Source: Flavobacterium sp. (GTDB lineage: Bacteria; Bacteroidota; Bacteroidia; Flavobacteriales; Flavobacteriaceae). From it: a stretch of DNA of 64,000 nt. Made by a program: the position numbers and the translations under genes. The first letter of the stretch is position 1. Every line of letters starts with the position of its first letter. Below the pieces are notes generated by a model. It was not told the DNA's origin. It did no database searches and saw only the letters and a list, made by a program, of their open reading frames with translations. Below, in pieces: positions 55,098-64,000 of this stretch. The stretch spans positions 182-64,181 of the forward strand of contig DAOOOV010000013.1 in assembly GCA_035387925.1 (NCBI GenBank). Direction: 5' to 3'.

Positions 55098-57554
55098 ATG
55101 GATCATACTAAGTATTGTTTCCATTGTGGATTAGATATCGCACCCACCGAGTTGATTGTTTTTAGCGATAAAAATTTCTGTTGCAACGGTTGCAAGACCG
55201 TTTTTGAAATCTTCTCCCAGAATGGATTGGAATCGTATTACGATTTAGAAAAATCACCCGGCGCCACGCCATTATCCAACAGCAACAAGTACGATTTTTT
55301 AGACAACGAGAAAATCGTCAAGCGATTGTTGCAATTTGACGAGGGCAACACCCAGATTGTACAATTGAATATCCCGCACATCCATTGCAGTTCGTGCATT
55401 TGGATTCTTGAAAACCTCAGGAAACTCCGGCCAGAGATTTCATCCTCGCAGGTCAACTTCCATGAAAAAACGGTACGGATCACTTTCAATTCGCAAACCA
55501 TCAGCCTTAAGGAATTGGTTTGCCTTTTGGGCGCTATCGGTTACGAGCCTTATATCTCGCTTGAAGATTACGACTCCGGGAAAAAATCAGAAGACAAAAC
55601 CCTAACCTATAAGTTGGGCGTGGCGTTTTTCTGTTTCGGCAATATCATGCTGTTGTCGTTCCCCGAATATTTTGAGATGAAGGAATATTGGCTCGACCAG
55701 TACCGCGGTTTTTTCAGGCTGCTCATTTTTGGGCTTTCGTTGCCGAGTTTCTTCTATTCGGCCAGCGGTTATTACGTGGCGGCCTACAAAAGCATCCGGT
55801 CGCGCATGCTCAACATAGAAATCCCCATTGCGTTAGGTATTGTCATTATGTTCGTGAGAAGTGTCGTTGATATCACTTTTGATTACGGCCCCGGTTTTTT
55901 TGACAGCCTTACGGGACTTATCTTTTTTATGTTACTCGGCAAAATGTTCCAGATCAAAACCTATAGTTTTTTGAGTTTTGAGCGCGATTATAAATCGTAT
56001 TTCCCTATTGCTGTCACGCGGATTACCGACGCCGGCGAAGAAAACATCCCCATCTACGAGATCAATCCCGGCGACAAATTACTCATCCGCAACCAGGAAC
56101 TCATTCCCGCAGACGGTATCCTGGTATCGGCACACGCTGCCATAGATTACAGTTTTGTCACCGGTGAATCGGTACCGGTGATGAAAGAATGTGGCGATCG
56201 CATCTACGCCGGCGGCAGGCTCAACGGCGCACTTATCGAGATGGGCGTTCTGCAATCGGTGTCACAGAGTTACCTCACCCAATTGTGGAGCAATGAGGTG
56301 TTTGAGAAGAAAGCCAAAAGACAATTCCAGTCTATCACCGATAAGGTAAGCCATTACTTTACCCCAGTTCTGCTGGCGCTTGCCTTTGCGGGTTTTGGCT
56401 ATTGGATTTTCAGAAATACAGACACCGCCTTTAACGTGTTTACCGCGGTACTCATCGTGGCCTGCCCATGTGCGTTGGCGTTGACGGCGCCTTTTACGCT
56501 CGGCAATATGTTACGCATATACGGCCGCGCCAAGTTCTACATCAAGAATGCCACGGTGATCGAGCAACTGGCCAAAGTAGATACGGTGGTTTTCGATAAG
56601 ACGGGAACCATCACCTCTGGGAAACTATCGGCCATCACTTATGAAGGTAGTTATTTGTCGGACAATAAATTGGGTTGGATTAAGAATATCGTGCGCGCGT
56701 CTAACCATCCGTTGAGCCGCATGTTGTATGACTTTCTGCCCGAAGCGAAAAACCTTACGGTCGATAAGTTTGAAGAAATTGCGGGTTATGGCATCGATGC
56801 CCGCGTTGATGGGAATGCCATCCGTATCGGGTCTGCGGGTTTTGTTGGTGCAAAGGCCGATGTTTCATTGACACAGACCGTAATTTACATCAGCATCAAC
56901 GGTATTGTAATGGGCAAATACATCTTCCACAACCAATACCGCGAAGGGCTTTCGGGCTTGTTTGCTGCGCTGCATCCGCGTTACGACATCCGCGTTTTGT
57001 CTGGAGACAACGAAGGCGAGCGTGCAGTACTGGAAACCTTGCTGCCCAAAGACACAATTATGGTTTTCAACCAGAAACCGCAGCAAAAGCTCGACTATAT
57101 CAAATTATTGCAAATCGAAGGCAAGCGCGTGATGATGGTAGGCGATGGGTTAAACGACGCCGGAGCGCTCGCGCAAAGCGATGTGGGGATTGCCATTTCT
57201 GAGAATGTAAACGTCTTTTCACCGGCTTGTGATGCCATTCTCGACGCTTCGCAATTCAGCAGGCTGGGTGAGTTGCTGGCACTTTCCAAAAAAGCGATGC
57301 TTACCATCAAGTGGAGTTTCGGGCTGTCGCTGCTCTACAACGTAGTGGGATTGACCTTTGCGCTTACGGGCAATTTAATGCCACTCGTGGCGGCGATCAT
57401 CATGCCGCTGAGTACCATCACCATAGTGAGTTTTGTCACGCTGATGAGCAATTGGTACGGGCGCCGCATCAAGCAGGCTGCAAATGTTGTAAAGTATGAT
57501 AAATATCATGGTTTAGGCCAACCCCGCAAAGTAATTTTGAATACACAAATTTAA
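55098..57554 (+). CDS. ccoI: Cu-translocating P1B-type ATPase for cbb3 assembly (CcoI/FixI)
   Basis: CFHCG/CCNGC N-terminus, HCSSC, TGES, CPC, DKTGT, HPLS, GDGLND. Confidence 0.93.
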   Translation: MDHTKYCFHCGLDIAPTELIVFSDKNFCCNGCKTVFEIFSQNGLESYYDLEKSPGATPLSNSNKYDFLDNEKIVKRLLQFDEGNTQIVQLNIPHIHCSSCIWILENLRKLRPEISSSQVNFHEKTVRITFNSQTISLKELVCLLGAIGYEPYISLEDYDSGKKSEDKTLTYKLGVAFFCFGNIMLLSFPEYFEMKEYWLDQYRGFFRLLIFGLSLPSFFYSASGYYVAAYKSIRSRMLNIEIPIALGIVIMFVRSVVDITFDYGPGFFDSLTGLIFFMLLGKMFQIKTYSFLSFERDYKSYFPIAVTRITDAGEENIPIYEINPGDKLLIRNQELIPADGILVSAHAAIDYSFVTGESVPVMKECGDRIYAGGRLNGALIEMGVLQSVSQSYLTQLWSNEVFEKKAKRQFQSITDKVSHYFTPVLLALAFAGFGYWIFRNTDTAFNVFTAVLIVACPCALALTAPFTLGNMLRIYGRAKFYIKNATVIEQLAKVDTVVFDKTGTITSGKLSAITYEGSYLSDNKLGWIKNIVRASNHPLSRMLYDFLPEAKNLTVDKFEEIAGYGIDARVDGNAIRIGSAGFVGAKADVSLTQTVIYISINGIVMGKYIFHNQYREGLSGLFAALHPRYDIRVLSGDNEGERAVLETLLPKDTIMVFNQKPQQKLDYIKLLQIEGKRVMMVGDGLNDAGALAQSDVGIAISENVNVFSPACDAILDASQFSRLGELLALSKKAMLTIKWSFGLSLLYNVVGLTFALTGNLMPLVAAIIMPLSTITIVSFVTLMSNWYGRRIKQAANVVKYDKYHGLGQPRKVILNTQI
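57496..57509. promoter_or_regulatory. FNR-like box inside the ccoI 3' end, upstream of ccoS
   Basis: ATGAT-AAAT-ATCAT, 22 bp from TAATTTTG (57532-57539). Confidence 0.72.
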
Positions 57555-57557
57555 GGT

Positions 57558-57749
57558 ATGAGTGTCATTTATCTATTAATCTCCATCAGCATTATTGTAG
57601 CGATTTGTTTCTTCATCGCCTTCATCAGGGCGGTTAAGACTGGCCAGTATGAGGACGATTATACGCCATCGGTACGCATGCTTTTTGATGACGAACTAAC
57701 AAAAACTCCAGATAAACAATTACAAACCCAAGCAAAAAAACAGATTTAA
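57558..57749 (+). CDS. ccoS: cbb3 oxidase maturation protein CcoS
   Basis: TM helix followed by AVKTGQYEDDYTPSVRMLFDD. Confidence 0.92.
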   Translation: MSVIYLLISISIIVAICFFIAFIRAVKTGQYEDDYTPSVRMLFDDELTKTPDKQLQTQAKKQI

Positions 57750-57751
57750 TT

Positions 57752-59941
57752 ATGGAAATGCAACAGTTTTATTATGACAACAAAATTGTAAAAAAGTTCC
57801 TTTACGCCACGATCGTTTTTGGTGTAATAGGGATGACCGTCGGGCTATTGCTGGCGTTCTTTTTTCTATTCCCAAACCTTACCGATGGTATTTCGTTCCT
57901 GAGTTTCGGGCGCTTAAGGCCGTTGCACACCAACGCGGTCATTTTTGCTTTTGTGGGCAACGCAATGTTTGCGGGAATTTACTATTCGCTACAGCGGCTT
58001 TTAAAGGCGCGTATGTTCAGCGATTTTTTAAGCAACCTGCATTTTTGGGGCTGGCAACTCATCATCCTTTCTGCGGCAGTGACGCTGCCTTTGGGTTTTT
58101 CAACCTCAAAAGAATATGCCGAACTCGAATGGCCTATTGACATCGCCATAGCGTTAATCTGGGTGGTTTTCGGAATCAATATGATCGGGACCATTTTGCG
58201 CAGGCGCGAACGTCATTTGTATGTGGCCATCTGGTTTTACCTTGCTACATTTGTAACTGTTGCGGTATTGCATATTTTCAATAGTTTGGCATTGCCGGTA
58301 TCGGCGCTCAAAAGCTACTCGGTATATGCTGGGGTTCAGGACGCGCTTGTACAATGGTGGTATGGGCACAATGCCGTGGCGTTTTTCCTTACCACGCCGT
58401 TCCTCGGACTCATGTATTATTTCGTGCCTAAGGCAGCCAACCGCCCCGTGTATTCTTACCGTTTGTCTATCGTACACTTTTGGTCGTTGATTTTTATCTA
58501 TATCTGGGCCGGACCGCACCACCTTTTGTATTCGGCTTTGCCAAACTGGGCGCAAAACCTCGGCGTAGTATTTTCTATTATGTTGATTGCTCCGTCTTGG
58601 GGTGGTATGATCAACGGATTGCTTACTTTGAGAGGCGTTTGGGATAAAGTGCGTACAGAACCCGTATTGAAATTCTTCGTCGTTGCTATTACCGGTTACG
58701 GTATGGCCACGCTCGAAGGGCCCATGTTGTCGCTTAAAAGTTTCAACGCCGTAGCCCACTTTACCGATTGGATTATTGCCCACGTACACGTTGGCGCAAT
58801 GGCCTGGAACGGATTCATGGCGTTTGGTATGATTTACTGGTTGATTCCCCGTATGACCAAAGGGCCTTTGTTTTCTACCAAACTGGCGCACGTGCATTTC
58901 TGGATTGGTACCTTGGGAATCATTATCTATACGCTTCCGATGTATGTGGCCGGATTTACCCAGGCTTCTATGTGGAATCAATTCAACCCAGACGGAACTT
59001 TGACTTACGGAAACTTCCTTGAAACCGTTCAGCAAATTATTCCTATGTATTGGATGCGTGCCATTGGTGGAACCATGTACATCATCGGTATGTTCATCTT
59101 GGTTTACAACATCATCCGCACGGTTAGGGCCAATGCTGCTATCGCTGATGAAGCTGCCGAAGCACCTGCTTTAGAGCCAATAACCACTGGTCGAATCAAA
59201 GGCGAGAAATTCCACCCTTGGCTCGAAAGACGTCCAATCCAATTGACGATTTTGGCTACCGTTGCCATCCTGATTGGAGGAATCATACAAATTGTCCCAA
59301 CCATCATGGTTAAATCGAATATCCCAACCATTGCCAGCGTAAAACCTTATACGCCGCTTGAACTCGAAGGCCGCGATTTGTACATCCGTGAAGGTTGTGT
59401 GGGTTGTCACTCGCAAATGGTACGTCCGTTTAGAAGTGAGGTAGAACGTTACGGGCCGCAAGCCAAAGCCGGAGAATTCGTTTACGATCACCCATTCCTA
59501 TGGGGATCTAAAAGAACCGGTCCCGATTTGCTTCGCGTGGGCGGAAAATACAACGACAACTGGCATTTCAACCATATGTGGGATCCGCAATCAACCTCTG
59601 CCGGATCAATCATGCCGGGTTACAAATGGCTGTTCGACAACAAGGCACTCGATATTTCTAACATCGCCGGTAAAATGAAAGCCATGCAAACCCTCGGCGT
59701 TCCTTATACCGATGCCGATATCGCCAATGCCAACGCCGCGATTGCCGAGCAAGCCAAAAAAATCGAAGCCAACCTGCATACCGATCCCGACTATGTAAAA
59801 AGTTATGACGAAAGCAGGCAGAAAGCGGCCGCGAGAGGCGAAGCATTCGTACCGATGGAACAACGCGAAATCGTAGCGATGATTGCCTACATCCAAAGGC
59901 TGGGAACCGACATTAAAGTGAAAGACAACCAAAAAAACTAA
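57752..59941 (+). CDS. ccoNO: cbb3-type cytochrome c oxidase fused subunits I/II (CcoNO)
   Basis: GRLRPLHTN, QWWYGHNAV, WAGPHHL, AHVH, then GCVGCHSQM and SKRTGPDL. Confidence 0.97.
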   Translation: MEMQQFYYDNKIVKKFLYATIVFGVIGMTVGLLLAFFFLFPNLTDGISFLSFGRLRPLHTNAVIFAFVGNAMFAGIYYSLQRLLKARMFSDFLSNLHFWGWQLIILSAAVTLPLGFSTSKEYAELEWPIDIAIALIWVVFGINMIGTILRRRERHLYVAIWFYLATFVTVAVLHIFNSLALPVSALKSYSVYAGVQDALVQWWYGHNAVAFFLTTPFLGLMYYFVPKAANRPVYSYRLSIVHFWSLIFIYIWAGPHHLLYSALPNWAQNLGVVFSIMLIAPSWGGMINGLLTLRGVWDKVRTEPVLKFFVVAITGYGMATLEGPMLSLKSFNAVAHFTDWIIAHVHVGAMAWNGFMAFGMIYWLIPRMTKGPLFSTKLAHVHFWIGTLGIIIYTLPMYVAGFTQASMWNQFNPDGTLTYGNFLETVQQIIPMYWMRAIGGTMYIIGMFILVYNIIRTVRANAAIADEAAEAPALEPITTGRIKGEKFHPWLERRPIQLTILATVAILIGGIIQIVPTIMVKSNIPTIASVKPYTPLELEGRDLYIREGCVGCHSQMVRPFRSEVERYGPQAKAGEFVYDHPFLWGSKRTGPDLLRVGGKYNDNWHFNHMWDPQSTSAGSIMPGYKWLFDNKALDISNIAGKMKAMQTLGVPYTDADIANANAAIAEQAKKIEANLHTDPDYVKSYDESRQKAAARGEAFVPMEQREIVAMIAYIQRLGTDIKVKDNQKN

Positions 59942-59944
59942 GCC

Positions 59945-60145
59945 ATGTTTGAAGCTATAAAACACAATATGGAGACCATTGCAGGAGTTGCGATCTATCC
60001 GATTATCTCTTTGCTGATATTCTTTTTCTTCTTCGTGGCGCTAGGATATTGGGTTTTCTCCTATAAAAGAGAAAAAATCATGGAGCTCAGCAATTTGCCA
60101 TTAAACGACAACCAAAACGATCACCCTTTAAATTCTGAAAAATGA
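59945..60145 (+). CDS. ccoQ: cbb3 oxidase subunit CcoQ
   Basis: Single TM, positioned between ccoNO and ccoP. Confidence 0.85.
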   Translation: MFEAIKHNMETIAGVAIYPIISLLIFFFFFVALGYWVFSYKREKIMELSNLPLNDNQNDHPLNSEK

Positions 60146-61089
60146 AAAAGTTCTTTCCTGCCTGGGTACGGGTACCATTAATTTTCTTTTCCGTTTTTGC
60201 GGCTATGGAGTATTTTACCGATTCTGGCGACCGTCCGGCGTTTATAAAATTCCCGATGATATCGGTGTTCCTGTTCGTATTCCTGTTCCTGCTGATTGCC
60301 ATAGAAGTTGTGGTCAGTGCCGTAGATAATGTGATGTATCAATTGCTCAGCGACGAGCAAAAGAAGCAATTGACAGAAGTGTCCTCGATAGACATCAGCC
60401 TTACCGACTCGCCGACTTATAAAAAAATAATGAAATGGCTCACCAAATCTGAGCCGGTAGAAAACAACGAATTCCTGCTGCTCGACCACAATTACGACGG
60501 CATCAAGGAGCTTGACAACAAATTGCCGCCCTGGTGGTTGTACCTCTTCTATGGCTGTATCATTTTTGGCGCAGTTTACTTGGTTCGTTACGAAATCATG
60601 GGTGGCGACAACCAGGAGATGGAACTCAAGAAAGAGATGGCACTTGCCAAAGAAGAAGTGGCCAAATACATGCTCACCGCGCCAGACCGTATGGATGAAA
60701 GCAAAGTGACCAAACTTACCGAGGCTGCCGATTTGGCCGCAGGAAAAGAAATTTATACCAACGTGTGTGCGGCTTGTCACCGGGCAGACGCAGGAGGCCA
60801 GATTGGTCCTAACCTTACAGACGAACATTGGATTTTTGGCGGCGACATCAAAAACGTGTTCCACACCATTTCAAACGGTGGCCGGGACGGGAAAGGGATG
60901 GTCGCCTGGAAAGCTACCCTGAAACCGACACAGATTCAACAGGTTGCGAGCTACATCTTGTCGCTTCAGGGCAGCAATCCTAAAGATGCCAAAGCACCCG
61001 AAGGAGACCTCTGGACCGAGCCCGCAGGAGCAAAAACGGTAGCAGTAGCCGACCCCAATACCGCAGCGCCCGAACCTAAAAAACCATAA
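60142..61089 (+). CDS. ccoP: cbb3 oxidase cytochrome c subunit CcoP
   Basis: DHNYDGIKELDNKLPPWW, CAACH, GPNLTD, GMVAWK. Confidence 0.95.
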   Translation: MKKFFPAWVRVPLIFFSVFAAMEYFTDSGDRPAFIKFPMISVFLFVFLFLLIAIEVVVSAVDNVMYQLLSDEQKKQLTEVSSIDISLTDSPTYKKIMKWLTKSEPVENNEFLLLDHNYDGIKELDNKLPPWWLYLFYGCIIFGAVYLVRYEIMGGDNQEMELKKEMALAKEEVAKYMLTAPDRMDESKVTKLTEAADLAAGKEIYTNVCAACHRADAGGQIGPNLTDEHWIFGGDIKNVFHTISNGGRDGKGMVAWKATLKPTQIQQVASYILSLQGSNPKDAKAPEGDLWTEPAGAKTVAVADPNTAAPEPKKP

Positions 61090-61091
61090 AA

Positions 61092-62513
61092 ATGTCAACC
61101 AATACCGGAGGCGAAACCTTCAGGGATTCCATCGGCACCATAGACGATGAAGGGAAAAGGAAGTTTCTTTTCCCTAAAAAACCCAGCGGGAAATTTTACA
61201 AGTACCGCAAAATAGTAAGTTATTTTCTGCTGTTGATCCTCGTTGCGATCCCGTTCGTGAAGGTCAACGGCAACCAATTGATGCTGTTCAACGTCCTGGA
61301 ACGCCGGTTCAATATCTTCGGGTTCCCGTTCTGGCCCCAGGACTTTTACATCTTTGTGCTCGTGATGATCACCATGGTGGTCTTTGTGATCCTGTTTACG
61401 GTGGTTTTTGGGCGCATTTTCTGCGGATGGATTTGTCCGCAGACGATTTTCCTCGAGATGGTTTTTAGGCGCATCGAATATTGGATAGACGGTGATCGCG
61501 GTGCGCAGATCAGGCTCGCCAAACAAGAATGGAACGCCGAGAAAATCCGCAAGCGCTTACTCAAATGGACCATCTTTTTCATTTTCTCATTCCTGATCGC
61601 CAACATCTTCCTGGCTTATGTGATTGGTAGCGATGCGCTGTGGCTCATGATGGAAGACGGCCCGGTAAACCAATCGGCCAATTTTATCGCGCTCCTCATT
61701 TTTACGGGCGTATTTTATTTTGTTTTTGCGTGGTTCCGCGAGCAGGTTTGTATCATCGCTTGCCCTTACGGAAGGTTGCAGGGTGTACTGCTCGACAACA
61801 AATCGATCAATGTGGCCTACGATTTTGTGCGAGGTGAAAAAGAAACCGGCCGCGCCAAGTTCAACAAGAAAGAAGATCGCGCCACGACCGGAAAAGGCGA
61901 CTGCATCGATTGTATGCAATGTGTGCATGTTTGTCCTACGGGAATCGATATCCGAAACGGGACGCAGCTCGAATGTACCAATTGCACCGCCTGTATTGAC
62001 GAGTGCGATACTATTATGAAAAGCGTGGGCTTGCCGGTAGGCTTGATCCGTTACGCGTCCGAAGACGAAATCGAGAAGAAAGAAAAGTTCCGTTTTACGG
62101 CGCGTATGAAAGGTTATACGGCGGTTTTATTGATTCTATTTGGGATCCTCAGCGGATTGCTCTTGCTGCGCAATGATGTCGAGGCCGAAGTTTTGCGACT
62201 GCCCGGACAGTTGTTCCAGCACAAAGGGGAAAACATCAGCAACGTATACACCTACAAGATTGTGAACAAAACGGTGCATGAATTTAAAGACATCCATTTT
62301 GAACTACTCAACTCCAAAGGAACTATTAAACCGGTAGGCAAAGCGCATTTTACTGTGCCCAAACAAGGCATTTCGCAGGGAACGCTGTTTATAGAAATCA
62401 ACCAATACCTGCTCGATGGCGACAAAACCAAACTCAGGATTGGGGTTTATGACGGTAAGAACCTCATAGAAACCACCAAGACCAACTTCCTGGGACCGAG
62501 AAGTTTTAACTAA
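61092..62513 (+). CDS. ccoG: Cytochrome c oxidase accessory protein CcoG
   Basis: CGWICPQ, CPYGR, CIDCMQCVHVCP, CTNCTACIDEC. Confidence 0.95.
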   Translation: MSTNTGGETFRDSIGTIDDEGKRKFLFPKKPSGKFYKYRKIVSYFLLLILVAIPFVKVNGNQLMLFNVLERRFNIFGFPFWPQDFYIFVLVMITMVVFVILFTVVFGRIFCGWICPQTIFLEMVFRRIEYWIDGDRGAQIRLAKQEWNAEKIRKRLLKWTIFFIFSFLIANIFLAYVIGSDALWLMMEDGPVNQSANFIALLIFTGVFYFVFAWFREQVCIIACPYGRLQGVLLDNKSINVAYDFVRGEKETGRAKFNKKEDRATTGKGDCIDCMQCVHVCPTGIDIRNGTQLECTNCTACIDECDTIMKSVGLPVGLIRYASEDEIEKKEKFRFTARMKGYTAVLLILFGILSGLLLLRNDVEAEVLRLPGQLFQHKGENISNVYTYKIVNKTVHEFKDIHFELLNSKGTIKPVGKAHFTVPKQGISQGTLFIEINQYLLDGDKTKLRIGVYDGKNLIETTKTNFLGPRSFN

Positions 62514-62524
62514 AAAAAGAAATC

Positions 62525-62974
62525 ATGAAAATCAATTGGGGAACTTCGATCGTCATTGCCTTTGTACTGTTTATGTCTTTCATCTTTTATTTCATCATAA
62601 GGGTGCAGAGCGATGCCAAATACCATAACGAATTGGTGGTAGAGGAATATTACAAACACGATGCGCATTACAGTGACGAATACGCAAAGGTGCAAAATGC
62701 GCAGGATTTGCAACAGAAGCCTTTAATCTCTAACACAACAGCAGGGGTGAGTATTCTGTTCCCTAACACATTCAATCCCCAGAAAATTAAAGGCAAAGTG
62801 TCCCTTTACCGGCCGTCTGCAAAGAAGATGGATTTTGAGCGTCCCGTTCAATTATCCGGATCCACACTGCTCATACCTAAAAGTGAATTTGTGGGCGGCA
62901 ATTGGGACATGACCCTTTCGTGGGAATACGAAGGAAAGTCCTACCTCATGAAAGACAAGTTATACATCAACTGA
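62525..62974 (+). CDS. ccoH: FixH/CcoH family protein
   Basis: INWGTSIV TM, ELVVEEYY, LYRPS..DF. Confidence 0.88.
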   Translation: MKINWGTSIVIAFVLFMSFIFYFIIRVQSDAKYHNELVVEEYYKHDAHYSDEYAKVQNAQDLQQKPLISNTTAGVSILFPNTFNPQKIKGKVSLYRPSAKKMDFERPVQLSGSTLLIPKSEFVGGNWDMTLSWEYEGKSYLMKDKLYIN

Positions 62975-63675
62975 TGCTGTATTCGGCTATTTTTTTGGGA
63001 CTGATCAGCAGCCTGCACTGCGTTGGCATGTGCGGGCCCATTGCCATGATGCTGCCCGTTGCCCGCAGCAATCCAAAAAAGAAAGCCTTACAATTACTCG
63101 CATACCACGCTGGGCGCATAGGATCTTATGCCGCAATCGGGCTGCTTTTTGGCTGGATCGGCCAAGGTCTTTATCTCGCCGGAGTCCAGCAGCGACTCTC
63201 CATTTTCGCCGGAGTTCTGATGATTACCATTACCGTGGTTCCAGAAAGTACTTTCGCCAAATACAATTTTTCACGCCCCATATATAAGGCTGTTTCGGCT
63301 TTAAAATCCATGCTTGGTAGCCAATTCAGGAATCAGTCTTTGCAGGGCATTTTTACCATCGGGTTGCTTAATGGGTTGTTGCCGTGCGGAATGGTTTACG
63401 CGGCGCTGTTTGGTGCTCTGGCCATGCAGCACGTTACCTTGGGCAGTTTGTATATGGCGCTTTTTGGGATTGGGACCATCCCACTCATGAGTAGCGTGGT
63501 TTATATGCAACAATTCCTTACACAACCGGTGCGCAATAAAATCCAGAAAATCATCCCGTATGCCATGACGCTAATCGGCGTGCTGTTTGTATTGCGTGGC
63601 TTGGGTTTGGGGATTCCTTATATTTCCCCATCAGAGACAGCGTTGTTTGTCAAAGCCACACCAACCTGTCATTAA
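62974..63675 (+). CDS. Sulfite exporter TauE/SafE (DsbD_2)-like membrane protein of the cco locus
   Basis: SLHCVGMCGPI, YHAGR, NGLLPCGMVY; ATG at 62974. Confidence 0.88.
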   Translation: MLYSAIFLGLISSLHCVGMCGPIAMMLPVARSNPKKKALQLLAYHAGRIGSYAAIGLLFGWIGQGLYLAGVQQRLSIFAGVLMITITVVPESTFAKYNFSRPIYKAVSALKSMLGSQFRNQSLQGIFTIGLLNGLLPCGMVYAALFGALAMQHVTLGSLYMALFGIGTIPLMSSVVYMQQFLTQPVRNKIQKIIPYAMTLIGVLFVLRGLGLGIPYISPSETALFVKATPTCH

Positions 63676-63779
63676 TTCCGTTTCCTCGTTTTTTATTGAA
63701 TTACTCTTAAGTGAATCTTAAGGGTCTTCCTGCAATAGCAATAAGCTAAAACCGTTATTTTTCATAAATATTTTAACCT

Positions 63780-64000
63780 ATGAAACTCTTCATTGCCTTC
63801 ATCCTTTTGGCCTTGCCCATCCAGTGGGAACCCAATTTTGAAAACGCCAAAAAAACGGCCAAAGAAAAACATGAATTGATCCTGCTCAATTTCTCGGGAT
63901 CCGACTGGTGTGGTCCCTGCATCTTGTTTCGACGCGACTATCTCGAGAACGAAGCTTTCGGTCAAATGGCGGCCGATCATCTCGTTTTGGTCAATGCCGA
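63780..64000 (+). CDS. Exported thioredoxin-fold protein, truncated by the window end (not in the ORF track)
   Basis: Translated by hand: MKLFIAFILLALPIQWEPNFENAKKTAKEKHELILLNFSGSDWCGPC... Confidence 0.85.
   Translation, partial: MKLFIAFILLALPIQWEPNFENAKKTAKEKHELILLNFSGSDWCGPCILFRRDYLENEAFGQMAADHLVLVNA

Noticed and set aside
57752-59941. ccoN-ccoO fusion and monoheme CcoP
   Set aside because: Established architecture of Bacteroidetes cbb3 oxidases; not novel.

Overview
This is chromosomal DNA from a Flavobacteriaceae bacterium, most likely Flavobacterium (inferred from TAnnTTTG -7 promoter boxes, a fused ccoNO, a T9SS C-terminal domain protein and FecR/ECF/TonB-receptor cassettes). I see no rRNA, tRNA, CRISPR array, transposase, integrase or prophage. 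In order, the window holds: a stress-type cluster (dps, mlaEFD, an eRF1-like mini-protein, lmo0937-family, ytxH, holin-like); ribB(X)-lptF/G-lolA-ftsK-dgkA-tpx; ahpC-trx; katG; an APC permease; a T9SS cargo protein; lpdA; pabB-tilS-dsbD; a Kazal-domain lipoprotein with an ECF sigma-FecR-TonB receptor cassette; yifB/comM, yaaA and pepC; a TetR-TolC-EmrAB efflux operon; an orphan trpG/pabA; marR-yceI-yceI; thiol oxidoreductases; a second paralogous ECF-FecR-TBDR cassette with a divergent lipoprotein; usp; an FNR-like regulator; and the complete cbb3 oxidase (cco) locus. The best candidate for an undescribed system is the pair of cell-surface-signalling cassettes. Their neighbouring lipoprotein genes share an identically spaced AGGGT-N14-TTGTC promoter-like motif, and one lipoprotein carries two Kazal protease-inhibitor domains with an ovomucoid-like CTLEY loop. 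Other highlights are several intergenic repeat families (some forming composites), three FNR-like boxes each 22 bp from a -7 element, matching OxyR-like boxes at ahpC and katG, and a possible deletion of the trp operon that left only trpG. All family assignments come from motif recognition, not database searches.
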